Position numbers and translations under genes: made by a program. This document shows, in pieces, positions 13,201 through 26,800 of a DNA stretch of 64,000 bases (its first letter is position 1; every line of letters starts with the position of its first letter). This DNA comes from the human T2T-CHM13v2.0 reference genome, Homo sapiens. The notes under the pieces are model-generated. The model saw only the letters and a list, made by a program, of their open reading frames with translations, was not told the origin of the DNA and did no database searches. The DNA is taken from assembly GCF_009914755.1 (NCBI RefSeq), contig NC_060942.1, one strand, 5' to 3'.

Positions 13201-16200
13201 AGCAGTTTTGAAACACTCTTTTTGTAGAATCCGCAAGAGGATATTTGCATAGCTTTGAGGATTTCGGGGGAAACGGGATTGTCTTCAGGTAAAATCTAGA
13301 CAGAAGCATTCTCAGAAACTTCTTTGGGATGTTTGCATTCAAGTCACAGAGTAGAACATTCCCTTTGGTAGAGCAGGTTTGAAACACTCTTTTTGTAGTA
13401 TCTGGAAGTGGACATTTGGAGCACTTTCAGGCCCATGTTGGAAAGGGAAATATCTTCCCGTAACAACTAGGCAGAAGCATTCTCAGAAACTTATTTGAGA
13501 TGTGTGTACTCAACTAAGAGAATTGAACCACCGTTTTGAAGGAGCAGTTTTGAAACACTCTTTTTCTGGAATCTGCAAGAGTATATTTGCCTAGACTTGA
13601 CGATTTCGTTGGAAACGGGATTGTCTTCAGATCAAATCTAGACAGAAGCATTCTCAGAAACTTCTTTGGGATGTTTGCATTCAAGTCACAGAGTAGAACA
13701 TTCCCTTTGGTAGAGCAGGTTTGAAACACTCTTTTTTTAGTATATGGAAGGACATTTGGAGCGCTTTCAGGCCTACGTTGGAAAAGGAAATCTCTTCCCA
13801 TAACAACTAGACAGAAGCATTCTCAGAAACTACTTTCTGATATGTGTCCTCAACTAACACAGTTGAACTTTTCCTTAGACAGAACAGTTTTGAAACACTC
13901 TTTTTGTGGAATCTGCAAGTGGATATTGGGCTAGATTTGAGGATATCGTTGGAAACGGGATTACATATAAAAAGCAGACAGCAGCATTCTCAGAAAGTTC
14001 TTTGTGATGATTGCATTCAAGTCACAGAATTGAACATTCCCTTTCACAGAGCAGGTTTGAAACACTCTTTTTGTAGTGTGTGTAAGTGGACATTTGGAGC
14101 GCTTTCCGGCCTAAGGTGAAAAAGGACATATCTTCCCATAAAAACTAGACAGAAGCATTCTCAGAAACTTACTCGTGATGTGTGTCCTCAACTAAAGGAG
14201 TAGAACCTTTCTATTCATAGAGAAGTTTTGAAACGCTCTTTTTGTGGAATCTCCAAGTGGATATTTGGCTAGTTTTGAGGATTTCGTTGGAAGCGGGAAT
14301 TCATACAAATTGCAGACTGCAGCGTTCTGAGAAACATCTTTGTGATGTTTGTATTCAGGACACAGAGATGAACATTCCCTATCATAGAGCAGGTTGGAAT
14401 CACACCTTTTGTAGTATCTGGAAGTGGACATTTGGAGCGCTTTCAGGCCTATGTTGAAAAAGGAAATATCTTCCCATAACAACTAGTCACAAGCATTCTC
14501 AGAAACTTGTTTGTGATGTGTGCCCTCTACTGACAGAGTTGAACCTTTCTTTTCATAGAGCAGATTTGAAACACTCTTTTTGTAGAATCCGCAAGAGGAT
14601 ATTTGCATCGCTTTGAGGATTTCGTGGGAAACGGGATTGTCTTCAGGTAAAATCTAGACAGAAGCATTCTCAGAAACTTCTTTGGGATGTTTGCATTCAA
14701 GTCACAGAGTAGAACATTCCCTTTGGTAGAGCAGGTTTGAAACACTCTTTTTGTAGTATCTGGAAGTGGACATTTGGAGCGCTTTCAGGCCCATGTTGGA
14801 AAGGGAAATATCTTCCCGTAACAACTAGGCAGAAGCATTCTCAGAAACTTATTTGAGATGTGTGTACTCAACTAAGAGAATTGAACCACCGTTTTGAAGG
14901 AGCAGTTTTGAAACACTCTTTTTCTGGAATCTGCAAGAGTATATTTGCCTGGCCTTGAGGATTTCGTTGGAAACGGGATTGTCTTCAGATAAAATCTAGA
15001 CAGAAGCATTCTCAGAAACTTCTTTGGGATGTTTGCATTCAAGTCACAGAGTAGAACATTCCCTTTGGTAGAGCAGGTTTGAAACACTCTTTTTTTAGTA
15101 TATGGAAGGACATTTGGAGCGCTTTCAGGCCTACGTTGGAAAAGGAAATATCTTCCCATAACAACTAGACAGAAGCATTCTCAGAAACTATTTTCTGATG
15201 TGTGTCCTCAACTAACACAGTTGAACTTTTCTTTAGACAGAACAGTTTTGAAACACTCTTTTTGTGGAATCTACAAGTGGATATTGGGCTAGATTTGAGG
15301 ATTTCGTTGGAAACGGGATTACATATAAAAAGCAGTCAGCAGCATTCTCAGAAAGTTCTTTGTGATGATTGCATTCAAGTCACAGAATTGAAAATTCCCT
15401 TTCACAGAGCAGGTTTGAAACACTCTTTTTGTAGTGTGTGTATTTGGACATTTGGAGCGCTTTCCGGCCTAAGGTGAAAAAGGACATATCTTCCCATAAA
15501 AACTAGACAGAAGCATTCTCAGAAACTTACTCGTGATGTGTGTCCTCAACTAAAGGAGTAGAACCTTTCTATTCATAGAGAAGTTTTGAAACGCTCTTTT
15601 TGTGGAATCTCCAAGTGGATATTTGGCTAGTTTTGAGGATTTCGTTGGAAGCGGGAATTCATACAAATTGCAGACTGCAGCGTTCTGAGAAACATCTTTG
15701 TGATGTTTGTATTCAAGACACAGAGATGAACATTCCCTATCATAGAGCATGTTGGAATCACTCCTTTTGTAGTATCTGGAAGTGGACATTTGGAGCGCTT
15801 TCAGTCCTATGTTGAAAAAGGAAATATCTTCCCATAACAACTAGACACAAGCATTCTCAGAAACTTGTTTGTGATGTGTGCCCTCTACTGACAGAGTTGA
15901 ACCTTTCTTTTCATAGAGCAGTTTTGAAACACTCTTTTTGTAGAATCCGCAAGAGGATATTTGCATAGCTTTGAGGATTTCGGGGGAAACGGGATTGTCT
16001 TCAGGTAAAATCTAGACAGAAGCATTCTCAGAAACTTCTTTGGGATGTTTGCATTCAAGTCACAGAGTAGAACATTCCCTTTGGTAGAGCAGGTTTGAAG
16101 CACTCTTTTTGTAGTATCTGGAAGTGGACATTTGGAGCGCTTTCAGGCCCATGTTGGAAAGGGAAATATCTTCCCGTAACAACTAGGCAGAAGCATTCTC

Positions 16201-17551
16201 AGAAACTTATTTGAGATGTGTGTACTCAACTAAGAGAAATGAACCACCGTTTTGAAGGAGCAGTTTTGAACCACTCTTTTTCTGGAATCTGCAAGAGTAT
16301 ATTTGCCTAGCCTTGAGGATTTCGTTGGAAACGGGATTGTCTTCAGATAAAATCTAGACAGAAGCATTCTCAGAAACTTCTTTGGGATGTTTGCATTCAA
16401 GTCACAGAGTAGAACATTCCCTTTGGTAGAGCAGGTTTGAAACACTCTTTTTTTAGTATATGGAAGGACATTTGGAGCGCTTTCAGGCCTACGTTGGAAA
16501 AGGAAATCTCTTCCCATAACAACTAGACAGAAGCATTCTCAGAAACTAGTTTCTGATGTGTGTCCTCAACTAACACAGTTGAACTTTTCTTTAGACAGAA
16601 CAGTTTTGAAACACTCTTTTTGTGGAATCTGCAAGTGGATATTGGGCTAGATTTGAGGATTTCGTTGGAAACGGGATTACATATAAAAAGCAGACAGCAG
16701 CATTCTCAGAAAGTTCTTTGTGATGATTGCATTCAAGTCACAGAATTGAACATTCCCTTTCACAGAGCAGGTTTGAAACACTCTTTTTGTAGTGTGTGTA
16801 AGTGGACATTTGGAGCGCTTTCCGGCCTAAGGTGAAAAAGGACATATCTTCCCATAAAAACTAGACAGAAGCATTCTCAGAAACTTACTCGTGATGTGTG
16901 TCCTCCACTAAAGGAGTAGAACCTTTCTATTTATAGAGAAGTTTTGAAACGCTCTTTTTGTGGAATCTCCAAGTGGATATTTGGCTAGTTTTGAGGATTT
17001 CCTTGGAAGCGGGAATTCATCCAAATTGCAGACTGCAGCGTTCTGAGAAACATCTTTGTGATGTTTGTATTCAGGACACAGAGATGAACATTCCCTATCA
17101 TAGAGCAGGTTGGAATCACTCCTTTTGTAGTATCTGGAAGTGGACATTTGGAGCGCTTTCAGGCCTATGTTGAAAAAGGAAATATCTTCCCATAACAACT
17201 AGTCACAAGCATTCTCAGAAACTTGTTTGTGATGTGTGCCCTCTACTGACAGAGTTGAACCTTTCTTTTCATAGAGCAGTTTTGAAACACTCTTTTTGTA
17301 GAATCCGCAAGAGGATATTTGCATAACTTTGAGGATGTCGGGGGAAACGGGATTGTCTTCAGGTAAAATCTAGACAGAAGCATTCTCAGAAACTTCTTTG
17401 GGATGTTTGCATTCAAGTCACAGAGTAGAACATTCCCTTTGGTAGAGCAGGTTTGAAACACTCTTTTTGTAGTATCTGGAAGTGGACATTTGGAGCGCTT
17501 TCAGGCCCATGTTGGAAAGGGAAATATCTTCCCGTAACAACTAGGCAGAAG

Positions 17552-17893
17552 CATTCTCAGAAACTTATTTGAGATGTGTGTACTCAACTAAGAGAAATGA
17601 ACCACCGTTTTGAAGGAGCAGTTTTGAAACACTCTTTTTCTGGAATCTGCAAGAGTATATTTGCCTAGCCTTGAGGATTTCGTTGGAAACGGGATTGTCT
17701 TCAGATCAAATCTAGACAGAAGCATTCTCAGAAACTTCTTTGGGATGTTTGCATTCAAGTCACAGAGTAGAACATTCCCTTTGGTAGAGCAGGTTTGAAA
17801 CACTCTTTTTGTAGTATCTGGAAGTGGACATTTGGAGCGCTTTCAGGCCCATGTTGGAAAGGGAAATATCTTCCCGTAACAACTAGGCAGAAG
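17552..17893 (+). repeat. Second extra dimer / 10-mer HOR variant
   Basis: Q-to-Q spacing is 16908->18610 = 1702 bp. The S B-monomer occurs at both 17552 and 17894 with an R-type A monomer between them. Confidence 0.9.
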
Positions 17894-20800
17894 CATTCTC
17901 AGAAACTTATTTGAGATGTGTGTACTCAACTAAGAGAATTGAACCACCGTTTTGAAGGAGCAGTTTTGAAACACTCTTTTTCTGGAATCTGCAAGAGTAT
18001 ATTTGCCTAGCCTTGAGGATTTCGTTGGAAACGGGATTGTCTTCAGATAAAATCTAGACAGAAGCATTCTCAGAAACTTCTTTGGGATGTTTGCATTCAA
18101 GTCACAGAGTAGACCATTCCCTTTGGTAGAGCAGGTTTGAAACACTCTTTTTTTAGTATATGGAAGTGGACATTTGGAGCGCTTTCAGGCCTACGTTGGA
18201 AAAGGAAATATCTTCCCATAGCAACTAGACAGAAGCATTCTCAGAAACTAGTTTCTGATATGTGTCCTCAACTAACACAGTTGAACTTTTCTTTAGACAG
18301 AACAGTTTTGAAACACTCTTTTTGTGGAATCTGCAAGTGGATAATTGGCTAGATTTGAGGATTTCGTTGGAAACGGGATTACATATAAAAAACAGTCAGC
18401 AGCATTCTCAGAAAGTTCTTTGTGATGATTGCATTCAAGTCACAGAATTGAACATTCCCTTTCACAGAGCAGGTTTGAAACACTCTTTTTGTAGTGTGTG
18501 TAAGTGGACATTTGGAGCGCTTTCCGGCCTAAGGTGAAAAAGGAAATATCTTCCCATAAAAACTAGACAGAAGCATCCTCAGAAACTTACTCGTGATGTG
18601 TGTCCTCAACTAAAGGAGTAGAACCTTTCTATTCATAGAGAAGTTTTGAAACGCTCTTTTTGTGGAATCTCCAAGTGGATATTTGGCTAGTTTTGAGGAT
18701 TTCGTTGGAAGCGGGAATTCATCCAAATTGCAGACTGCAGCGTTCTGAGAAACATCTTTGTGATGTTTGTATTCAGGACACAGAGATGAACATTCCCTAT
18801 CATAGAGCAGGTTGGAATCACTCCTTTTGTAGTATCTGGAAGTGGACATTTGGAGCGCTTTCAGGCCTATGTTGAAAAAGGAAATATCTTCCCATAACAA
18901 CTAGACACAAGCATTCTCAGAAACTTGTTTGTGATGTGTGCCCTCTACTGACAGAGTTGAACCTTTCTTTTCATAGAGCAGTTTTGAAACACTCTTTTTG
19001 TAGAATCCGCAAGAGGATATTTGCATAGCTTTGAGGATTTCGGGGGAAACGGGATTGTCTTCAGGTAAAATCTAGACAGAAGCATTCTCAGAAACTTCTT
19101 TGGGATGTTTGCATTCAAGTCACAGAGTAGAACATTCCCTTTGGTAGAGCAGGTTTGAAACACTCTTTTTGTAGTATCTGGAAGTGGACATTTGGAGCGC
19201 TTTCAGGCCCATGTTGGAAAGGGAAATATCTTCCCGTAACAACTAGGCAGAAGCATTCTCAGAAACTTATTTGAGATGTGTGTACTCAACTAAGAGAATT
19301 GAACCACCGTTTTGAAGGAGCAGTTTTGAAACACTCTTTTTCTGGAATCTGCAAGAGTATATTTGCCTAGCCTTGAGGATTTCGTTGGAAACGGGATTGT
19401 CTTCAGATAAAATCTAGACAGAAGCATTCTCAGAAACTTCTTTGGGATGTTTGCATTCAAGTCACAGAGTAGAACATTCCCTTTGGTAGAGCAGGTTTGA
19501 AACACTCTTTTTGTAGTATATGGAAGGACATTTGGAGCGCTTTCAGGCCTACGTTGGAAAAGGAAATCTCTTCCCATAACAACTAGACAGAAGCATTCTC
19601 AGAAACTAGTTTCTGATGTGTGTCCTCAACTAACACAGTTGAACTTTTCTTTAGACAGAACAGTTTTGAAACACTCTTTTTGTGGAATCTGCAAGTGGAT
19701 ATTGGGCTAGATTTGAGGATTTCGTTGGAAACGGGATTACATATAAAAAGCAGACAGCAGCATTCTCAGAAAGTTCTTTGTGATGATTGCATTCAAGTCA
19801 CAGAATTGAACATTCCCTTTCACAGAGCAGGTTTGAAACACTCTTTTTGTAGTGTGTGTAAGTGGACATTTGGAGCGCTTTCCGGCCTAAGGTGAAAAAG
19901 GACATATCTTCCCATAAAAACAAGACAGAAGCATTCTCAGAAACTTACTCGTGATGTGTGTCCTCAACTAAAGGAGTAGAACCTTTCTATTCAAAGAGAA
20001 GTTTTGAAACGCTCTTTTTGTGGAATCTCCAAGTGGATATTTGGCTAGTTTTGAGGATTTCGTTGGAAGCGGGAATTCATACAAATTGCAGACTGCAGCG
20101 TTCTGAGAAACACCTTTGTGATGTTTGTATTCAAGACACAGAGATGAACATTCCCTATCATAGAGCAGGTTGGAATCACTCCTTTTGTAGTATCTGGAAG
20201 TGGACATTTGGAGGGCTTTCAGGCCTATGTTGAAAAAGGAAATATCTTCCCATAACAACTAGACACAAGCATTCTCAGAAACTTGTTTGTGATGTGTGCC
20301 CTCTACTGACAGAGTTGAACCTTTCTTTTCATAGAGCAGTTTTGAAACACTCTTTTTGTAGAATCCGCAAGAGGATATTTGCATAGCTTTGAGGATTTCG
20401 TGGGAAACGGGATTGTCTTCAGGTAAAATCTAGACAGAAGCATTCTCAGAAACTTCTTTGGGATGTTTGCATTCAAGTCACAGAGTAGAACATTCCCTTT
20501 AGTAGAGCAGGTTTGAAACACTCTTTTTGTAGTATCTGGAAGTGGACATTTGGAGCGCTTTCAGGCCCATGTTGGAAAGGGAAATATCTTCCCGTAACAA
20601 CTAGGCAGAAGCATTCTCAGAAACTTATTTGAGATGTGTGTACTCAACTAAGAGAATTGAACCACCGTTTTGAAGGAGCAGTTTTGAAACACTCTTTTTC
20701 TGGAATCTGCAAGAGTATATTTGCCTAGCCTTGAGGATTTCGTTGGAAACGGGATTGTCTTCAGATAAAATCTAGACAGAAGCATTCTCAGAAACTTCTT

Positions 20801-23800
20801 TGGGATGTTTGCATTCAAGTCACAGAGTAGAACATTCCCTTTGGTAGAGCAGGTTTGAAACACTCTTTTTTTAGTATATGGAAGTGGACATTTGGAGCGC
20901 TTTCAGGCCTACGTTGGAAAAGGAAATATCTTCCCATAACAACTAGACAGAAGCATTCTCAGAAACTAGTTTCTGATGTGTGTCCTCAACTAACACAGTT
21001 GTACATTTCTTTAGACAGAACAGTTTTGAAACACTCTTTTTGTGGAATCTGCAAGTGGATATTGGGCTAGATTTGAGGATTTCGTTGGAAACGGGATTAC
21101 ATATAAAAAGCAGTCAGCAGCATTCTCAGAAAGTTCTTTGTGATGATTGCATTCAAGTCACAGAATTGAACATTCCCTTTCACAGAGCAGGTTTGAAACA
21201 CTCTTTTTGTAGTGTGTGTAAGTGGACATTTGGAGCGCTTTCCGGCCTAAGGTGAAAAAGAACATATCTTCCCATAAAAACTAGACAGAAGCATTCTCAG
21301 AAACTTACTCGTGATGTGTGTCCTCAACTAAAGGAGTAGAACCTTTCTATTCATAGAGAAGTTTTGAAACGCTCTTTTTGTGGAATCTCCAAGTGGATAT
21401 TTGGCTAGTTTTGAGGATTTCGTTGGAAGCGGGAATTCATACAAATTGCAGACTGCAGCGTTCTGAGAAACATCTTTGTGATGTTTGTATTCAAGACACA
21501 GAGATGAACATTCCCTATCATAGAGCAGGTTGGAATCACTCCTTTTGTAGTATCTGGAAGTGGACATTTGGAGCGCTTTCAGGCCTATGTTGAAAAAGGA
21601 AATATCTTCCCATAACAACTAGACACAAGCATTCTCAGAAACTTGTTTGTGATGTGTGCCCTCTACTGACAGAGTTGAACCTTTCTTTTCATAGAGCAGT
21701 TTTGAAACACTCTTTTTGTAGAATCCGCAAGAGGATATTTGCATAGCTTTGAGGATTTCGGGGGAAACGGGATTGTCTTCAGGTAAAATCTAGACAGAAG
21801 CATTCTCAGAAACTTCTTTGGGATGTTTGCATTCAAGTCACAGAGTAGAACATTCCCTTTGGTAGAGCAGGTTTGAAACACTCTTTTTGTAGTATCTGGA
21901 AGTGGACATTTGGAGCACTTTCAGGCCCATGTTGGAAAGGGAAATATCTTCCCGTAACAACTAGGCAGAAGCATTCTCAGAAACTTATTTGAGATGTGTG
22001 TACTCAACTAAGAGAATTGAACCACCGTTTTGAAGGAGCAGTTTTGAAACACTCTTTTTCTGGAATCTGCAAGAGTATATTTGCCTAGCCTTGACGATTT
22101 CGTTGGAAACGGGATTGTCTTCAGATAAAATCTAGACAGAAGCATTCTCAGAAACTTCTTTGGGATGTTTGCATTCAAGTCACAGAGTAGAACATTCCCT
22201 TTGGTAGAGCAGGTTTGAAACACTCTTTTTTTAGTATATGGAAGGACATTTGGAGCGCTTTCAGGCCTACGTTGGAAAAGGAAATCTCTTCCCATAACAA
22301 CTAGACAGAAGCATTCTCAGAAACTACTTTCTGATATGTGTCCTCAACTAACACAGTTGAACTTTTCTTTAGACAGAACAGTTTTGAAACACTCTTTTTG
22401 TGGAATCTGCAAGTGGATATTGGGCTAGATTTGAGGATTTCGTTGGAAACGGGATTACATATAAAAAGCAGACAGCAGCATTCTCAGAAAGTTCTTTGTG
22501 ATGATTGCATTCAAGTCACAGAATTGAACATTCCCTTTCACAGAGCAGGTTTGAAACACTCTTTTTGTAGTGTGTGTAAGTGGACATTTGGAGCGCTTTC
22601 CGGCCTAAGGTGAAAAAGGACATATCTTCCCATAAAAACTAGACAGAAGCATTCTCAGAAACTTACTCGTGATGTGTGTCCTCAACTAAAGGAGTAGAAC
22701 CTTTCTATTCATAGAGAAGTTTTGAAACGCTCTTTTTGTGGAATCTCCAAGTGGATATTTGGCTAGTTTTGAGGATTTCGTTGGAAGCGGGAATTCATAC
22801 AAATTGCAGACTGCAGCGTTCTGAGAAACATCTTTGTGATGTTTGTATTCAAGACACAGAGATGAACATTCCCTATCATAGAGCAGGTTGGAATCACTCC
22901 TTTTGTAGTATCTGGAAGTGGACATTTGGAGCGCTTTCAGGCCTATGTTGAAAAAGGAAATATCTTCCCATAACAACTAGACACAAGCATTCTCAGAAAC
23001 TTGTTTGTGATGTGTGCCCTCTACTGACAGAGTTGAACCTTTCTTTTCATAGAGCAGTTTTGAAACACTCTTTTTGTAGAATCCGCAAGAGGATATTTGC
23101 ATAGCTTTGAGGATTTCGTGGGAAACGGGATTGTCTTCAGGTAAAATCTAGACAGAAGCATTCTCAGAAACTTCTTTGGGATGTTTGCATTCAAGTCACA
23201 GAGTAGAACATTCCCTTTGGTAGAGCAGGTTTGAAACACTCTTTTTGTAGTATCTGGAAATGGACATTTGGAGCGCTTTCAGGCCCATGTTGGAAAGGGA
23301 AATATCTTCCCGTAACAACTAGGCAGAAGCATTCTCAGAAACTTATTTGAGATGTGTGTACTCAACTAAGAGAATTGAACCACCGTTTTGAAGGAGCAGT
23401 TTTGAAACACTCTTTTTCTGGAATCTGCTAGAGTATATTTGCCTAGCCTTGAGGATTTCGTTGGAAACGTGATTGTCTTCAGATCAAATCTAGACAGAAG
23501 CATTCTCAGAAACTTCTTTGGGATGTTTGCATTCAAGTCACAGAGTAGAACATTCCCTTTGGTAGAGCAGGTTTGAAACACTCTTTTTTTAGTATATGGA
23601 AGGACATTTGGAGCGCTTTCAGGCCTACATTGGAAAAGGAAATATCTTCCCATAACAACTAGACAGAAGCATTCTCAGAAACTATTTTCTGATGTGTGTC
23701 CTCAACTAACACAGTTGAACTTTTCTTTAGACAGAACAGTTTTGAAACACTCTTTTTGTGGAATCTGCAAGTGGATATTGGGCTAGATTTGAGGATTTCG

Positions 23801-26800
23801 TTGGAAACGGGATTACATATAAAAAGCAGACAGCAGCATTCTCAGAAAGTTCTTTGTGATGATTGCATTCAAGTCACAGAATTGAACATTCCCTTTCACA
23901 GAGCAGGTTTGAAACACTCTTTTTGTAGTGTGTGTATTTGGACATTTGGAGCGCTTTCCGGCCTAAGGTGAAAAAGGACATATCTTCCCATAAAAACTAG
24001 ACAGAAGCATTCTCAGAAACTTACTCGTGATGTGTGTCCTCAACTAAAGGAGTAGAACCTTTCTATTCATAGAGAAGTTTTGAAACGCTCTTTTTGTGGA
24101 ATCTCCAAGTGGATATTTGGCTAGTTTTGAGGATTTCGTTGGAAGCGGGAATTCATCCAAATTGCAGACTGCAGCGTTCTGAGAAACATCTTTGTGATGT
24201 TTGTATTCAAGACACAGAGATGAACATTCCCTATCATAGAGCATGTTGGAATCACTCCTTTTGTAGTATCTGGAAGTGGACATTTGGAGCGCTTTCAGGC
24301 CTATGTTGAAAAAGGAAATATCTTCCCATAACAACTAGACACAAGCATTCTCAGAAACTTGTTTGTGATGTGTGCCCTCTACTGACAGAGTTGAACCTTT
24401 CTTTTCATAGAGCAGTTTTGAAACACTCTTTTTGTAGAATCCGCAAGAGGATATTTGCATAGCTTTGAGGATTTCGTGGGAAACGGGATTGTCTTCAGGT
24501 AAAATCTAGACAGAAGCATTCTCAGAAACTTCTTTGGGATGTTTGCATTCAAGTCACAGAGTAGAACATTCCCTTTGGTAGAGCAGGTTTGAAACACTCT
24601 TTTTGTAGTATCTGGAAGTGGACATTTGGAGCGCTTTCAGGCCCATGTTGGAAAGGGAAATATCTTCCCGTAACAACTAGGCAGAAGCATTCTCAGAAAC
24701 TTATTTGAGATGTGTGTACTCAACTAAGAGAATTGAACCACCGTTTTGAAGGAGCAGTTTTGAAACACTCTTTTTCTGGAATCTGCTAGAGTATATTTGC
24801 CTAGCCTTGAGGATTTCGTTGGAAACGGGATTGTCTTCAGATCAAATCTAGACAGAAGCATTCTCAGAAACTTCTTTGGGATGTTTGCATTCAAGTCACA
24901 GAGTAGAACATTCCCTTTGGTAGAGCAGGTTTGAAACACTCTTTTTTTAGTATATGGAAGGACATTTGGAGCGCTTTCAGGCCTACGTTGGAAAAGGAAA
25001 TATCTTCCCATAACAACTAGACAGAAGCATTCTCAGAAACTATTTTCTGATGTGTGTCCTCAACTAACACAGTTGAACTTTTCTTTAGACAGAACAGTTT
25101 TGAAACACTCTTTTTGTGGAATCTGCAAGTGGATATTGGGCTAGATTTGAGGATTTCGTTGGAAACGGGATTACATATAAAAAGCAGACAGCAGCATTCT
25201 CAGAAAGTTCTTTGTGATGATTGCATTCAAGTCACAGAATTGAACATTCCCTTTCACAGAGCAGGTTTGAAACACTCTTTTTGTAGTGTGTGTATTTGGA
25301 CATTTGGAGCGCTTTCCGGCCTAAGGTGAAAAAGGACATATCTTCCCATAAAAACTAGACAGAAGCATTCTCAGAAACTTACTCGTGATGTGTGTCCTCA
25401 ACTAAAGGAGTAGAACCTTTCTATTCATAGAGAAGTTTTGAAACGCTCTTTTTGTGGAATCTCCAAGTGGATATTTGGCTAGTTTTGAGGATTTCGTTGG
25501 AAGCGGGAATTCATCCAAATTGCAGACTGCAGCGTTCTGAGAAACATCTTTGTGATGTTTGTATTCAGGACACAGAGATGAACATTCCCTATCATAGAGC
25601 AGGTTGGAATCACTCCTTTTGTAGTATCTGAAAGTGGACATTTGGAGCGCTTTCAGGCCTATGTTGAAAAAGGAAATATCTTCCCATAACAACTAGACAC
25701 AAGCATTCTCAGAAACTTGTTTGTGATGTGTGCCCTCTACTGACAGAGTTGAACCTTTCTTTTCATAGAGCAGTTTTGAAACACTCTTTTTGTAGAATCC
25801 GCAAGAGGATATTTGCATAGCTTTGAGGATTTCGGGGGAAACGGGATTGTCTTCAGGTAAAATCTAGACAGAAGCATTCTCAGAAACTTCTTTGGGATGT
25901 TTGCATTCAAGTCACAGAGTAGAACATTCCCTTTGGTAGAGCAGGTTTGAAACACTCTTTTTGTAGTATCTGGAAGTGGACATTTGGAGCGCTTTCAGGC
26001 CCATGTTGGAAAGGGAAATATCTTCCCGTAACAACTAGGCAGAAGCATTCTCAGAAACTTATTTGAGATGTGTGTACTCAACTAAGAGAATTGAACCACC
26101 GTTTTGAAGGAGCAGTTTTGAAACACTCTTTTTCTGGAATCTGCAAGAGTATATTTGCCTAGCCTTGAGGATTTCGTTGGAAACGGGATTGTCTTCAGAT
26201 AAAATCTAGACAGAAGCATTCTCAGAAACTTCTTTGGGATGTTTGCATTCAAGTCACAGAGTAGAACATTCCCTTTGGTAGAGCAGGTTTGAAACACTCT
26301 TTTTGTAGTATATGGAAGGACATTTGGAGCGCTTTCAGGCCTACGTTGGAAAAGGAAATCTCTTCCCATAACAACTAGACAGAAGCATTCTCAGAAACTA
26401 GTTTCTGATGTGTGTCCTCAACTAACACAGTTGAACTTTTCTTTAGACAGAACAGTTTTGAAACACTCTTTTTGTGGAATCTGCAAGTGGATATTGGGCT
26501 AGATTTGAGGATTTCGTTGGAAACGGGATTACATATAAAAAGCAGACAGCAGCATTCTCAGAAAGTTCTTTGTGATGATTGCATTCAAGTCACAGAATTG
26601 AACATTCCCTTTCACAGAGCAGGTTTGAAACACTCTTTTTGTAGTGTGTGTAAGTGGACATTTGGAGCGCTTTCGGGCCTAAGGTGAAAAAGGACATATC
26701 TTCCCATAAAAACTAGACAGAAGCATTCTCAGAAACTTACTCGTGATGTGTGTCCTCAACTAAAGGAGTAGAACCTTTCTATTCAAAGAGAAGTTTTGAA

